This document shows, in pieces, positions 1 to 10,453 of a stretch of 34,888 nt of DNA. Every line of letters begins with the position of its first letter. Position 1 is the first letter of the stretch. A model generated the notes under the pieces. That model was not told where the DNA came from and searched no databases. It saw only the letters and a program-made list of their open reading frames with translations. The stretch lies in contig CAVFYN010000171.1 of NCBI GenBank assembly GCA_963626425.1, positions 1 through 34,888 of the forward strand. Direction: 5' to 3'. This DNA is from Bacteroidaceae bacterium (GTDB lineage Bacteria; Bacillota; Clostridia; Oscillospirales; Oscillospiraceae). Both the position numbers and the translations under genes were made by a program.

Positions 1-81
1 GGGCTCAGGAATAAGTAGGGCATAGAAAAAACGCCGCCTTTCGGTTTTTGCCATGCTATGCGGAGGGCCGCCGCGGCGTGC

Positions 82-110
82 TTGACTTTTTGCGGTATGC
101 GCGGTATGAT
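82..110 (+). promoter_or_regulatory. sigma-70-type promoter of the abrB-like/ABC operon
   Basis: TTGACT (82-87), 17-nt spacer, TATGAT (105-110), about 35 nt upstream of the first CDS. Confidence 0.55.
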
Positions 111-143
111 TTATCATACCAGATATGAATGGAGTGATCTTTC

Positions 144-371
144 GTGGAAGGACCCAAAGGAAAGCACGTGTTCGGCCTCGTCAAGGTCGGCGAGCGCGGG
201 CAGATCGTCATTCCGAAGCAGGCGCGCGAGATCTTCGGCATCCGCGCGGGCGACGAGCTCATGCTCATCGGCGACGAGGAGAGCGGCCTCGCCATCTTAA
301 CGAGCGAGCAGCTGACGCAGGTGTTCCGCGGCATCCTGGCGCAGGGAGGCGGCAGCAATGGAAGCGATTGA
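144..371 (+). CDS. AbrB/MazE/SpoVT-family DNA-binding domain protein
   Basis: 75-aa ORF with GTG start and GGAG 9 nt upstream. The motif VKVGERGQIVIPKQAREIFGIRAGD is typical of the SpoVT-AbrB swapped-hairpin domain. The 3' end overlaps the next gene by 14 nt. An alternative start at GTG 167 is possible. Confidence 0.8.
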   Translation: MEGPKGKHVFGLVKVGERGQIVIPKQAREIFGIRAGDELMLIGDEESGLAILTSEQLTQVFRGILAQGGGSNGSD

Positions 372-1089
372 GGTCACGGGCCTGACGAAGGCCTACGACG
401 GGCGCAATGTCGTAAGCGGCCTGACGCTCACGGTGCACGAGGGCGAACTGTTCACGCTGCTCGGCGTGAACGGCGCGGGCAAGTCGACGACGATCCGGAT
501 GCTGACCGGCCTGACCCGGCCGGACGGCGGCGACGCGCGCATCTGCGGCCGCTCGATCCTCACGGAGCTGCCGGACGTCAAGCGCGCCGCGGGCGTCTGT
601 TTGCAGGAGACGGCCGTCGCGAAAAAGCTGACCGTGCGCGAAAATGTCACGCTCATGGCGCGGCTTTACGGGCAGGGGAAAGACGACGCCGCGCGCAGCG
701 CGGACGCGCTCATCGCCGAGTTCGGCCTTGCGGACGTCGCGGAAAAGCGGGCGGGCAAGCTGTCCGGCGGGTGGCAGCGACGGCTGTCCATCGCCATGGC
801 CATGGTCGGCCGGCCGCGCGTACTGTATCTTGACGAGCCGACCGTCGGGCTCGACGTGCTGGCGCGGCGCGCGCTGTGGGACCTCATCCGCGGCGCGCTC
901 TCGCACATGACCATTGTGCTCACGACGCACTCGATGGAGGAGGCGGCCGCGCTGTCCGACCGCATCGGCGTCATGGCCTCCGGCCGGCTGCGCGCGTGCG
1001 GGACGGCGGCGGAGCTTATGGCGCAGACCGGCACGGCGACGCTTGAGGACGCGTTCGTCGCGCTGGCGCAGGAAGGGGGCGCGGCATGA
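358..1089 (+). CDS. ABC transporter ATP-binding protein
   Basis: Walker A GVNGAGKST, signature LSGGWQRRL, Walker B VLYLDEP. Confidence 0.95.
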   Translation: MEAIEVTGLTKAYDGRNVVSGLTLTVHEGELFTLLGVNGAGKSTTIRMLTGLTRPDGGDARICGRSILTELPDVKRAAGVCLQETAVAKKLTVRENVTLMARLYGQGKDDAARSADALIAEFGLADVAEKRAGKLSGGWQRRLSIAMAMVGRPRVLYLDEPTVGLDVLARRALWDLIRGALSHMTIVLTTHSMEEAAALSDRIGVMASGRLRACGTAAELMAQTGTATLEDAFVALAQEGGAA

Positions 1090-1838
1090 TGCGGATGACG
1101 GCCTTTGCGCGGCGCAACGCGTGCGAGATCCTGCGCGACCCGCTCAGCTACTGCTTCTGCCTCGGCTTCCCGGTCGTGATGCTGCTCGTGTTCCAGATCG
1201 TAAACGGCAGCACGCACGGCATGACGCCGATGTTCACGCTGCCGCAGCTGACGAGCGGCATTTCAGTGTTTTCGTTCTCGTTTTCGATGCTGTACATGGC
1301 CCTGCTCGTCTCCGGCGACCGGGACAGCGCGTTTTTGACGCGGCTTTACTGCACGCCGATGACGCAGGCGGACTTCGCGCTCGGCTACCTGCTGCCCGGC
1401 CTTGTCATCGCGGCGGGGCAGGCGGCCGTGTGCCTTTTGTGCGCGTGGGCGCTCGGCATGGCGACGGGCGACCGCATTTCGCTCCTGCGCGGCGCTTTGC
1501 AGATCGTGTCGCTCGTGCCGGCCATGCTCATGGCCGTGAGCTTCGGCGTGCTGTTCGGGAGCCTGCTGTCACAAAAGAGCGCGCCGGGCGTGTCGTCCGT
1601 GCTCATTTCGGCGTCGGGTTTCCTGTCCGGCGCGTGGATGCCGCTTGAGCAGATGGGGACGTACGGAAAAGTGTGCCGCGCGCTGCCGTATTACCCGGCC
1701 GTGCGCGTCGGCCGCGCGATCGTGCAGGGCGCGTGGGCGGCGGAAAACTGGCTCGATCTCGCCGTCACGGCCGCGTGGGCCGCGCTGGCGCTCGGCCTTG
1801 CGGTCTGGGCGCAGAAGCGCGCGATGCACGTGAAATAA
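1086..1838 (+). CDS. ABC-2 type transporter permease
   Basis: 250-aa polytopic hydrophobic protein. Its start overlaps the ATPase stop by 4 nt (ATGA), indicating translational coupling. Confidence 0.88.
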   Translation: MMRMTAFARRNACEILRDPLSYCFCLGFPVVMLLVFQIVNGSTHGMTPMFTLPQLTSGISVFSFSFSMLYMALLVSGDRDSAFLTRLYCTPMTQADFALGYLLPGLVIAAGQAAVCLLCAWALGMATGDRISLLRGALQIVSLVPAMLMAVSFGVLFGSLLSQKSAPGVSSVLISASGFLSGAWMPLEQMGTYGKVCRALPYYPAVRVGRAIVQGAWAAENWLDLAVTAAWAALALGLAVWAQKRAMHVK

Positions 1839-1875
1839 AAAAGACGGGAAACGCCGGAGCGTTTCCCGTCTTTTC
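1836..1875. terminator. bidirectional rho-independent terminator
   Basis: Stem GACGGGAAACGC / GCGTTTCCCGTC (1843-1870) flanked by an A-run and a T-run, between convergent genes. Confidence 0.85.
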
Positions 1876-1884
1876 ATATGTAGA

Positions 1885-2727
1885 TCAGGCGCGCAGGAAG
1901 CCCTTGCCGAAGATCTCGCTGGAATTTGTGACGAGCACGAACGCCGTGGCGTCGACGCTCTTGGCGTACTGCCGCAGCGCGACGGCCTGGAAGCGCGTGA
2001 GCGCCGTGAGCAGCACGGTGTGCTCCGTGCCGGAGAACGCGCCGGTCGCCTCCCAGACGGTGGCCGAGCGGTGGAGCGTGTCGATGATGAATTTCTGGAT
2101 CTCGTCCGGGTTGACCGTGACGATCATGACGCACTTGCGGCGGTTGAGCGACTCGATGATCGAGTCGACGAGCGCGCTCTTGAGCACGAGGCCGAGCAGG
2201 CAGAAAAGGCCGGTCTCGATGTCGAAGATGAAAAGCGTCGAGCCCGCGATGAGCACGTCCGCGACGAGCAGCGCGCGGCCGATGTCGAGCCCCGTGAATT
2301 TTTTGAGGATCATGGCCGTGATGTCCGTGCCGCCCGTGCTCGCGCCGAAGTTGAAAAGCAGCGCCGAGCCGAGCGCCGGCAGAATGACCGCGAAGAAGAG
2401 CTCGAGCATTTTCTGATCCGTAAACGGCTCGCTCATGGGGCACAGCCACTCAAATCCCTGCAGCAGCGCGGAGAACAGCAGCGAGCAGTAGATCGTCTTT
2501 TCGCTGAAGCTACGGCCGAGCACGATGAAGCCGAGCAGCAGGAAAATGAGGTTGATGACCGAGCTGATCGTCGCCGCCGGGAACGGCAGGATCTTCGTCA
2601 GCAGGACCGACAGACCGGACACGCCGCCGGTGGAGAAATTGTTCGGAAATTTGAAAAAATAAACGCCCATGGCAACGAGCAGCGTGCCGAGCGTGATGAG
2701 CCCGAATTCTTTCAGGCGAGCTTTCAT
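1885..2727 (-). CDS. YitT-family membrane protein (DUF161/DUF2179)
   Basis: 280 aa. N-terminal polytopic region with the GGTD motif and a C-terminal soluble DUF2179-like domain. Confidence 0.88.
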   Translation of the reverse strand: MKARLKEFGLITLGTLLVAMGVYFFKFPNNFSTGGVSGLSVLLTKILPFPAATISSVINLIFLLLGFIVLGRSFSEKTIYCSLLFSALLQGFEWLCPMSEPFTDQKMLELFFAVILPALGSALLFNFGASTGGTDITAMILKKFTGLDIGRALLVADVLIAGSTLFIFDIETGLFCLLGLVLKSALVDSIIESLNRRKCVMIVTVNPDEIQKFIIDTLHRSATVWEATGAFSGTEHTVLLTALTRFQAVALRQYAKSVDATAFVLVTNSSEIFGKGFLRA

Positions 2728-2756
2728 GCAGACCGTCCCCTTTCATGACCTTGGAC

Positions 2757-2785
2757 AGTGTAGCAAAGTTCGCCTGGTTTTGCAA
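2757..2785 (-). promoter_or_regulatory. putative promoter of yitT-like gene
   Basis: On the minus strand: TTGCAA, 17 nt, TACACT, about 30 nt upstream of the ATG. Confidence 0.45.
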
Positions 2786-2860
2786 GAAAGAATTCATTTT
2801 CGTGTGGGGGAAAGGGTTTGTTGGGGGCGGGGAGACGATTGCGGCACGCGCAGCCGAACA

Positions 2861-3159
2861 ACCTGTCATCCTGAGCGGAGCGAAGCGGAGTCGAAGAATC
2901 TGGCCGGTTGCGGAGAACCGATTGCGATCCAGAGGTAAAAAAAGAATGTCATTCAGAGCCGGCAAAGCCGGCGTGGAATCTTGCCGATTGCGGTAGTCTT
3001 GCGTTTTATTCCAGCGCTGGAGATGGACGAAAGACTACCGCAATCGGCAAGACCCTTCGGCAAGCTCAGGGTGACAGGTCTTATTTGGCGCTGGCACGCA
3101 ATCGGTGCACCGTAATCGGCAAGATTCCACGGCCATTTCATGGCCTCTGAATGACATCC
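2861..3159. repeat. composite palindrome built from four ~50-bp modules (two forward, two reverse)
   Basis: Module TGTCAYYCWGAG-variable hairpin-TCTTGCCGATTGCGGT at about 2862-2914 (+), 2947-2994 (+), 3031-3079 (-) and 3109-3156 (-). Perfect 18-bp inverted repeat 2983-3000 / 3031-3048. 51-bp arms 2944-2994 / 3109-3159. Confidence 0.85.
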
Positions 3160-3237
3160 TAACTCGCCGCGCACCGCAATCGGCCTTGCGGGCGGATGCT
3201 ATCCGCCCCTACGTGACTGCGGCGGAGCGTTTGCTGC

Positions 3238-3422
3238 GCGCCGATTGCGGTACGCGCCTTCCGAAAGGCTCCCCTGAAAGGGGAGCTGTCGGCGGAGCCG
3301 ACTGAGAGGTTGAAAGGCCTCCATATTGAACAGCACCCACTCGATACCGCGCGCAAAACCCTTCGGCCCACCTCTCCGTCACGCCTTTGGCGTGCCACCT
3401 CCCCTTAAAAGGGGAGGCTTTG
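3238..3422 (+). repeat. palindromic intergenic element, family B, short copy
   Basis: Left arm GCGCCGATTGCGG..CCTTCCGAAAGGCTCCCCTGAAAGGGGAGCTGTCGGCGGAGCCGACTGAGAGG. Right arm CCTCTCCGTCACGCCTTTGGCGTGCCACCTCCCCTTAAAAGGGGAGGCTTTG. Both arms recur at 17878-18176. Confidence 0.85.
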
Positions 3423-3495
3423 ATGCATTCTTCTATTTTGCCGCGTCCCACCGGCGGGATGGGGTCATCCGCCCTACGTTTGAGATACGCGCCGC

Positions 3496-3530
3496 GCAAA
3501 AAAGCCGTGCTCCTTTCGGAGCACGGCTTT
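3496..3530 (-). terminator. rho-independent terminator of groEL
   Basis: Minus strand: AAGCCGTGCTCC-GAAA-GGAGCACGGCTT followed by TTTTT, about 25 nt after the stop codon. Confidence 0.85.
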
Positions 3531-3555
3531 GCGGTTTTAGGGGAAAGCGCGCGGC

Positions 3556-5504
<1,949 letters not shown>

Positions 5505-5569
5505 AACAACGACCTCCTGAAAAATCCATGACAGATGCTGTCATATAGTATACCATGTTTTGATGGGGT

Positions 5570-5596
5570 TTAGCACTCAAAAACCCGGAGTGCTAA
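5570..5596 (-). promoter_or_regulatory. CIRCE operator (HrcA binding site)
   Basis: Perfect TTAGCACTC-N9-GAGTGCTAA between the promoter and groES. Confidence 0.95.
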
Positions 5597-5604
5597 CGTG
5601 TATT

Positions 5605-5633
5605 ATAATATAGCACAGCCGGGAAATGCGCAA
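5605..5633 (-). promoter_or_regulatory. groESL promoter
   Basis: Minus strand: TTGCGC, 17 nt, TATTAT, directly upstream of CIRCE. Confidence 0.6.
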
Positions 5634-5637
5634 CTGG

Positions 5638-5678
5638 AAAAAACGCCGTTTTTCCGGGGCATGACCGGAAAAACGGCG
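5638..5678 (-). terminator. rho-independent terminator after the lipid kinase gene
   Basis: Inverted repeat CGCCGTTTTTCCGG / CCGGAAAAACGGCG with a T-run on the minus strand. Confidence 0.75.
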
Positions 5679-5716
5679 CTGATGCGAATGCGATACGCGA
5701 TTTTCTTCAGTTTTCT

Positions 5717-6658
5717 TCAATTTGCTGCGGCGGACGCGAGATTGCGGCTCTCGGACGCGTGGTATGTCAGCCCCTTGGGGTAGAAAAAGCGGATTTTTTC
5801 GTCCGCGACGGAAAATGTGGTGTCGCGGCTGTAAATGAGCTCGCCGTCGAGGTTGATGTCCTCGTCCTGCTCGCCGATGACGCGGATGGAGCGGCAGCGG
5901 ACGTGGCGGATGAGCTTCGGCTCGTCGGCCCAGCGGCCGGCCTTGTACTTGCCGATGATGGCCGCGACCGTCAGGCGCGACACGGCGCGCACGATGAGCA
6001 CGTCGAGCATGCCGTCGTCCGGCTCGGCGTCCGGGAACGGGTAAAACCCGCCGCCGTACCAGCGGCCGTTGCAGATGCAGATAAGGCTCTCGCGGCCGGA
6101 GATCGTCTCGCCGTTCACCTCGATCGTGTACGGGTGGTGCACGCCGCGGATGAGGTTGACGATGATGGAGATGACATACGCGCCCGAGCCCGTCACGAGC
6201 GGCAGGCGCTTATACCGGCCGATCTGCGTGCCGATGCGCGCGTCGAAGCCGATGGAGCAGACGTTGAGGCTGTAATGGCCCTCGCCGCAGGTGATGAGGT
6301 CGAATTCGGCCTCGTCCGTGTCCAAAAAGCTCGCGGGGTCGGCAAATGGCGCGGTGTCGGAGAAAATGCGCACGAAGTCGTTGCCGGAGCCGGCCGTGAG
6401 CGACGTGATGGCCGCATTCGGGTGACCGACGACGCCGCAGACGACCTCGTTGAGCGTGCCGTCGCCGCCGCAGGCGTAGATGCGGACGGGCTCGCCCTTC
6501 TCGGCCGCGGCGCGGGCGAGGGCGGTGCAGTCGCCCTTGCACTTTGAGACGGCGACCTCGTAATCAAGACCTGCGAACGCGCGGTCGATCTTCGCGCGCA
6601 GCTCGGCCGTGTGGTCGGCCTTGCCGGCGGCGGGGTTGAGAATGAACAGGTGGTGCAT
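5717..6658 (-). CDS. diacylglycerol/lipid kinase family protein (YegS/DagK/BmrU type)
   Basis: 313 aa. LFILNPAAGK near the N-terminus and the GGDGTLNEV catalytic-domain motif. Confidence 0.9.
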   Translation of the reverse strand: MHHLFILNPAAGKADHTAELRAKIDRAFAGLDYEVAVSKCKGDCTALARAAAEKGEPVRIYACGGDGTLNEVVCGVVGHPNAAITSLTAGSGNDFVRIFSDTAPFADPASFLDTDEAEFDLITCGEGHYSLNVCSIGFDARIGTQIGRYKRLPLVTGSGAYVISIIVNLIRGVHHPYTIEVNGETISGRESLICICNGRWYGGGFYPFPDAEPDDGMLDVLIVRAVSRLTVAAIIGKYKAGRWADEPKLIRHVRCRSIRVIGEQDEDINLDGELIYSRDTTFSVADEKIRFFYPKGLTYHASESRNLASAAAN

Positions 6659-6671
6659 GGCGCGGCCTCCG

Positions 6672-7781
6672 TCAATAATACATATATAAATTACACTGGA
6701 TCATGCCGTTGTAGAGCTTGCGCTTTTTCGTGGCGCGGCGGCCGTAGTAGCGCTCAAATTCCGGCTCGCTCGTGAGGATGTACTGCTTCCAGCCGTCCTC
6801 GCGCGCCATGCGGCGGCCGAAGGCCTGATAGAGCCGCTGCGCGTCGCGCATTTCGCCGAGGCGCTGGCCGTAGGGCGGGTTCGCGGCGAGGATGCCGCCG
6901 CCCTCGGGCAGGGCGCGCGTGAGCGCGTCGGCCTCCGTGAACGTGATGAGATCTTCGACGCCGGCCTTTTTCGCGTTCGAGCGCGCGATGGCGACGCTCT
7001 TCGGGTCGATGTCGCTGCCGAAAATGTGATAGTCGCCGTGGAATTCGCGCGATCTCGCGGCATCGAGCTCTTCGCCCCACAGCTGCTGCGGCATCGTCGT
7101 CCAGTGGCGGGCGGAGAAGTCGCGGTTTGCGCCGGGGGCGCGGTTCGTCGCGGCGAGGGCGGCCTCGATGCAGATCGTGCCGCTGCCGCAGAAGGGGTCG
7201 ATAAACGTGTCGCGCCCGCGGTAGCGCGCGAGGTTGACGATGGCCGCGGCGAGCGTCTCGCGCAGCGGGGCGTCGTTGCCCTGCGCGCGCCAGCCGCGCT
7301 TGTGAAGGCCGGAGCCCGTCGTGTCGATGGCCAGCGAGGCGACGTCCTTCAAAATGGACACGCGGATCTGGTACAGTTCGCCCGTCTCGGGCATCCAGTC
7401 GACGTGATAGTGGCTTCCCAGGCGGACGCTCATGGCTTTTTTGACGATCTTCTGGCAGTCCGGCATCGAGTGCAGCGCGGAATTCACCGTGCGGCAGCGG
7501 ATGGGGAACGTGCCGTTTTTCGGGATGAACTGCTCCCACGGCAGGGCCTTCGTGCCCTCAAAGAGCGCGTCGAACGTCGGCGCGGGAAATTCGCCGAGGA
7601 CGATGAGCACGCGCTCGCCCATGCGCAGGCACAGATTCGCGCGCGCGACCTCGGCCCAGCCGCCGTCAAAGAGCACGCGGCCGTTCTCCGCGCGGACATT
7701 TTCCATCTTCAGCCGCTTCAGCTCGTCGCTGACCAGCCCTTCCAGCCCAAACAGGCAGGGTACCGAACACGTAAATTTCAT
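6672..7781 (-). CDS. THUMP-domain class I SAM-dependent RNA methyltransferase (RlmL/YpsC-like)
   Basis: Only the C-terminal 369 aa of the 903-aa track ORF look genuine. They carry DPFCGSGT (SAM motif I) and NPPYG (motif IV). Start taken at MKFTCSV (ATG 7781); ATG 7796 is also possible. Everything upstream is antisense to nfeD/SPFH. Confidence 0.88.
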   Translation of the reverse strand: MKFTCSVPCLFGLEGLVSDELKRLKMENVRAENGRVLFDGGWAEVARANLCLRMGERVLIVLGEFPAPTFDALFEGTKALPWEQFIPKNGTFPIRCRTVNSALHSMPDCQKIVKKAMSVRLGSHYHVDWMPETGELYQIRVSILKDVASLAIDTTGSGLHKRGWRAQGNDAPLRETLAAAIVNLARYRGRDTFIDPFCGSGTICIEAALAATNRAPGANRDFSARHWTTMPQQLWGEELDAARSREFHGDYHIFGSDIDPKSVAIARSNAKKAGVEDLITFTEADALTRALPEGGGILAANPPYGQRLGEMRDAQRLYQAFGRRMAREDGWKQYILTSEPEFERYYGRRATKKRKLYNGMIQCNLYMYY

Positions 7782-7878
7782 AAAACACCATCTCATTGCA
7801 AAATTACACACTATTATACAGGATATTGCGGGAAATAGCAATGCACAGGATTTAAAAAAAGATTTGATGCAAACTATA

Positions 7879-7907
7879 TTGACAAAAAAATAACGTGATA
7901 GTATAAT
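7879..7907 (+). promoter_or_regulatory. consensus sigma-70 promoter of the nfeD-SPFH operon
   Basis: TTGACA (7879-7884), 17 nt, TATAAT (7902-7907). Confidence 0.7.
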
Positions 7908-7998
7908 ACGCATACAGGCAAAACCTGTGGCATACGCAATGCCGTCAGGCCGGCGGGTCGAGATTTCCGCGCGGCCGGTGAGAAAGGAGACAGGGCAA

Positions 7999-8448
7999 AT
8001 GCTGTTAAATCTCTTGATTTGGGGCGGTGCGGCGGTCGTGTTCCTCGTCATCGAGGCGGCGACGGTCGGGCTGGCGACGATCTGGTTCGCGGGCGGCGCG
8101 CTCGTCGCGCTCATCGCGGCGGCGGTCGGCGCGGCGTACTGGCTGCAGGTCGTGCTGTTCCTCGCGGTGTCTGTTGTGCTGCTCGCGTGCCTGCGGCCGT
8201 TCGTGCGGCGGTACATCACGCCGAAAAATGAGCGCACGAACGCCGACCGCGTCCTCGGCGCCGAGGGCGTCGTCACCGAGACGATCGACAATCTCGAGGC
8301 GACGGGCGCAGTAAAGGTCGGCGGCGTCGAATGGACGGCGCGCGCGGCGGACGACACGGTCATTCCGAAGGGCGCGCGCGTCATCGTCCGGTCCATCGAC
8401 GGCGTCAAGCTCCGCGTGGAGCCGGCCGCCGACCGTGTGGAAGTCTGA
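7999..8448 (+). CDS. NfeD-family membrane protein
   Basis: Start moved to ATG 7999, which has AAAGGAG 9 nt upstream; the track gives GTG 7927. Hydrophobic N-terminal half and a C-terminal OB-like domain (GAVKVGGVEWTARA). Confidence 0.88.
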   Translation: MLLNLLIWGGAAVVFLVIEAATVGLATIWFAGGALVALIAAAVGAAYWLQVVLFLAVSVVLLACLRPFVRRYITPKNERTNADRVLGAEGVVTETIDNLEATGAVKVGGVEWTARAADDTVIPKGARVIVRSIDGVKLRVEPAADRVEV

Positions 8449-8477
8449 TGTGTCTGAATTTGTAAGGAGGTAATCTT

Positions 8478-9368
8478 ATGACTCTTGCTATCGTTCTCGG
8501 TGTGATCGCGGTGCTGGTGCTCATCATCCTCGTCCGCAATATCTACATCGTTCAGCAGTCCCGCGCCTACGTCGTCGAGCGCCTCGGCGCATTCAGCGCC
8601 GTCTGGGGCGTCGGCCTTCACTTCAAGCTGCCGTTCTTCGAGCGCATCGCCAAGCGCGTGAGCCTGAAGGAGCAGGTGCTCGACTACCCGCCGCAGCCCG
8701 TTATCACGAAAGATAACGTCACCATGCAGATCGACACCGTGCTCTATTTCCAGATCACGGATCCGAAGCTCTACACCTACGGCGTCGAGAGCCCGATGAG
8801 CGCCATCGAAAAGCTCACGGCCACGACGCTGCGCAACATCATCGGCGACCTCGAGCTCGACCAGACGCTCACCTCGCGCGACGTCATCAACGGCAAAATG
8901 CGCGCCATTCTGGACGAGGCGACCGACCCGTGGGGCATCAAGGTCAACCGCGTCGAGGTCAAGAACATCCAGCCGCCGGCCGACATCCAGGCTTCCATGG
9001 AAAAGCAGATGAAGGCCGAGCGCGAGCGCCGTCAGGCCATCTTGCAGGCCGAGGGCACGAAGCAGTCCGCCATCTTGGTCGCCGAGGGTGAAAAGCAGGC
9101 TGCCATCCTCCGCGCTGACGCCGAAAAGCAGGCCGCCATCCTGCGGGCGCAGGGCGAGGCCGAGGCCATCGTGTCCGTCCAGCGCGCGCTGGCCGACTCC
9201 ATCAAAATGCTCAACGAGGCCGACCCGAACGACCAGGTCATCAAGATCAAGGCCCTCGAGGCCATGGAAAGGGTCGCCGACGGCAAGGCCACGAAGCTCA
9301 TCATCCCGTCCGAACTGCAGGGCCTGGCCGGCCTTGCCACGTCTGTGAAGGAGTTTCTGAAAGACTGA
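8478..9368 (+). CDS. SPFH/band-7 (stomatin-like) domain protein
   Basis: 296 aa. N-terminal TM segment, an SPFH core (VVERLGAF...ITKDNV), and a coiled Ala/Glu/Gln-rich C-terminal region. Confidence 0.93.
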   Translation: MTLAIVLGVIAVLVLIILVRNIYIVQQSRAYVVERLGAFSAVWGVGLHFKLPFFERIAKRVSLKEQVLDYPPQPVITKDNVTMQIDTVLYFQITDPKLYTYGVESPMSAIEKLTATTLRNIIGDLELDQTLTSRDVINGKMRAILDEATDPWGIKVNRVEVKNIQPPADIQASMEKQMKAERERRQAILQAEGTKQSAILVAEGEKQAAILRADAEKQAAILRAQGEAEAIVSVQRALADSIKMLNEADPNDQVIKIKALEAMERVADGKATKLIIPSELQGLAGLATSVKEFLKD

Positions 9369-9369
9369 T

Positions 9370-9561
9370 ATGGCAAAGAACAAGCGCTTTGAATGCGTCT
9401 ACAGCCAGGGCAGCCTCTCGCCCATGGAGATCTGGATCGACCGCAAGACCGGCGTCCACTATCTCTACCACGCCAGCGGCAACTCCGGCGGCCTGACCGT
9501 CCTGCTCGGCCCCGACGGCAAACCGGTCGTCACCGCGCCCGAGCCGTATGAAGAGGATTAA
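9370..9561 (+). CDS. small hypothetical protein (63 aa), possibly a DUF-type family
   Basis: The ATG lies 1 nt after the SPFH stop (TGA-T-ATG). Codon usage matches the neighbours. No recognisable catalytic motif. Confidence 0.6.
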   Translation: MAKNKRFECVYSQGSLSPMEIWIDRKTGVHYLYHASGNSGGLTVLLGPDGKPVVTAPEPYEED

Positions 9562-9569
9562 AAACCAAA

Positions 9570-9603
9570 CCGCGCAGCCTGTTTTCAGGCTGCGCAATTT
9601 TTT
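9570..9603. terminator. bidirectional rho-independent terminator
   Basis: GCGCAGCCTG-TTTT-CAGGCTGCGC followed by AATTTTTT, between convergent genes. Confidence 0.85.
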
Positions 9604-10453
9604 ACGGATTCGGCCGCTTGGCGGCCATTTTGGGCATTTCGCCGAACTGTTTTTTATAGGCGCGGGCGAAGGCGGAATAGTCGCGGAAGCCGCTGCGGTA
9701 GGCGGCTTCGGTGACGGGCATGCCGGAGACGATGCGGTCGCGCGCGGCGAGCAGGCGCTTTTCGGTGACGAAGCCGTGGATGGTGTAGCCCGTCTCGGCC
9801 TTGAACCGGCGCATCATGTGCGATTTGCTGATATAAAATGTATCGGCGATGCGGTCGATGGGCAGGTCCTCGTCGAGGTGGGCGTAGAGATAGCGCACGA
9901 TGGCGACGGTTTTCTCGTCGAACGCCGCGTCGGAGACGAAGGCGACATCAGAGCTGAGCATCCCGCGCGTGAGGGCGATGAGAAACTCGAGCATGAGCGC
10001 GCGGCAAAGAAGCGCCTGGCCGAAGCCGGGGCGGTCCGTCGCGTCCTCGAGCCGGCGCAGCGCCTGCATCGGCGCGCCGCCGGAGGGGCCGGCCGGGCGG
10101 AGGACGAACTGAAAGCTCTCGCGCGCGCGGGAAAAGCACGTCTCGAGGTCGCATTCTTCCGTGCTGTGCGCGCGCAGATAGGCGGGCGAGAGGTAGATGA
10201 CGACGCGGCGGTACTCCTCGCCCTGCACCTCCGGCCGGTGGATGCAGCCGCGCGGGACGAGCACGACGTCGCCGGGGCAGAGCGCGTAGCGCTTGCCCTC
10301 GATGGCGTAGAGCGCGTCGCCGCCGAGAAAGACGAGGATCTTGTGAAAGTCGTGGTAGTGGTAGTCGATGCTGCCCACGTCCCGCCCGGACAGGCGGAAC
10401 AGGCGGTAGTCCTCGACGAGGTAGCCGCGCTTTTCGTATGCGCTGGTGTCCAT
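9602..10453 (-). CDS. AraC-family transcriptional regulator (cupin sensor + HTH)
   Basis: Start set at MDTSAYEKRG (ATG 10453, GGAG 8 nt upstream). N-terminal cupin (HYHDFHKILVFL) and C-terminal AraC HTH (SGFRDYSAFARAYKKQFG). Confidence 0.92.
   Translation of the reverse strand: MDTSAYEKRGYLVEDYRLFRLSGRDVGSIDYHYHDFHKILVFLGGDALYAIEGKRYALCPGDVVLVPRGCIHRPEVQGEEYRRVVIYLSPAYLRAHSTEECDLETCFSRARESFQFVLRPAGPSGGAPMQALRRLEDATDRPGFGQALLCRALMLEFLIALTRGMLSSDVAFVSDAAFDEKTVAIVRYLYAHLDEDLPIDRIADTFYISKSHMMRRFKAETGYTIHGFVTEKRLLAARDRIVSGMPVTEAAYRSGFRDYSAFARAYKKQFGEMPKMAAKRPNP

Noticed and set aside
1-60. Possible terminator hairpin at the extreme 5' end (AAAAAACGCCGCCTTTCGGTTTTTG)
   Set aside because: The stem is only 3-4 bp as far as I can pair it, and the upstream gene is outside the window.
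144-371. AbrB/MazE-like gene as the antitoxin of a toxin-antitoxin pair
   Set aside because: No toxin-like small ORF follows. The gene overlaps and is coupled to an ABC ATPase/ABC-2 permease pair, so it looks like a recurrent regulator-plus-exporter cassette rather than a TA module.
2830-3260. Possible CRISPR array, because of the recurring CGATTGCGG motif
   Set aside because: The repeat unit is far too short, the spacing is irregular, copies occur in both orientations as palindrome arms, and no cas genes or leader are present.
7908-7998. About 90-nt leader of nfeD with three small consecutive hairpins (ACAGG-CAAAA-CCTGT, GGCAT-ACGCA-ATGCC, and a GC-rich third) as a possible riboswitch
   Set aside because: The stems are short, it does not resemble any riboswitch class I know, and there is no terminator or SD-sequestering alternative structure. 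This is not enough evidence.
6672-9383. 903-aa ORF on the minus strand, and similar giant ORFs (22769-25054, 25048-27873, 28412-29755, 30432-32225, 32029-33912, 11943-13580, 19504-20550)
   Set aside because: They run antisense to genes with clear family signatures. Their translations are Arg/Ala/Gly/Pro-rich low-complexity sequence typical of shadow ORFs in GC-rich DNA, and they lack an RBS. Only the 3' part of 6672-9383 (6672-7781) is a real gene.
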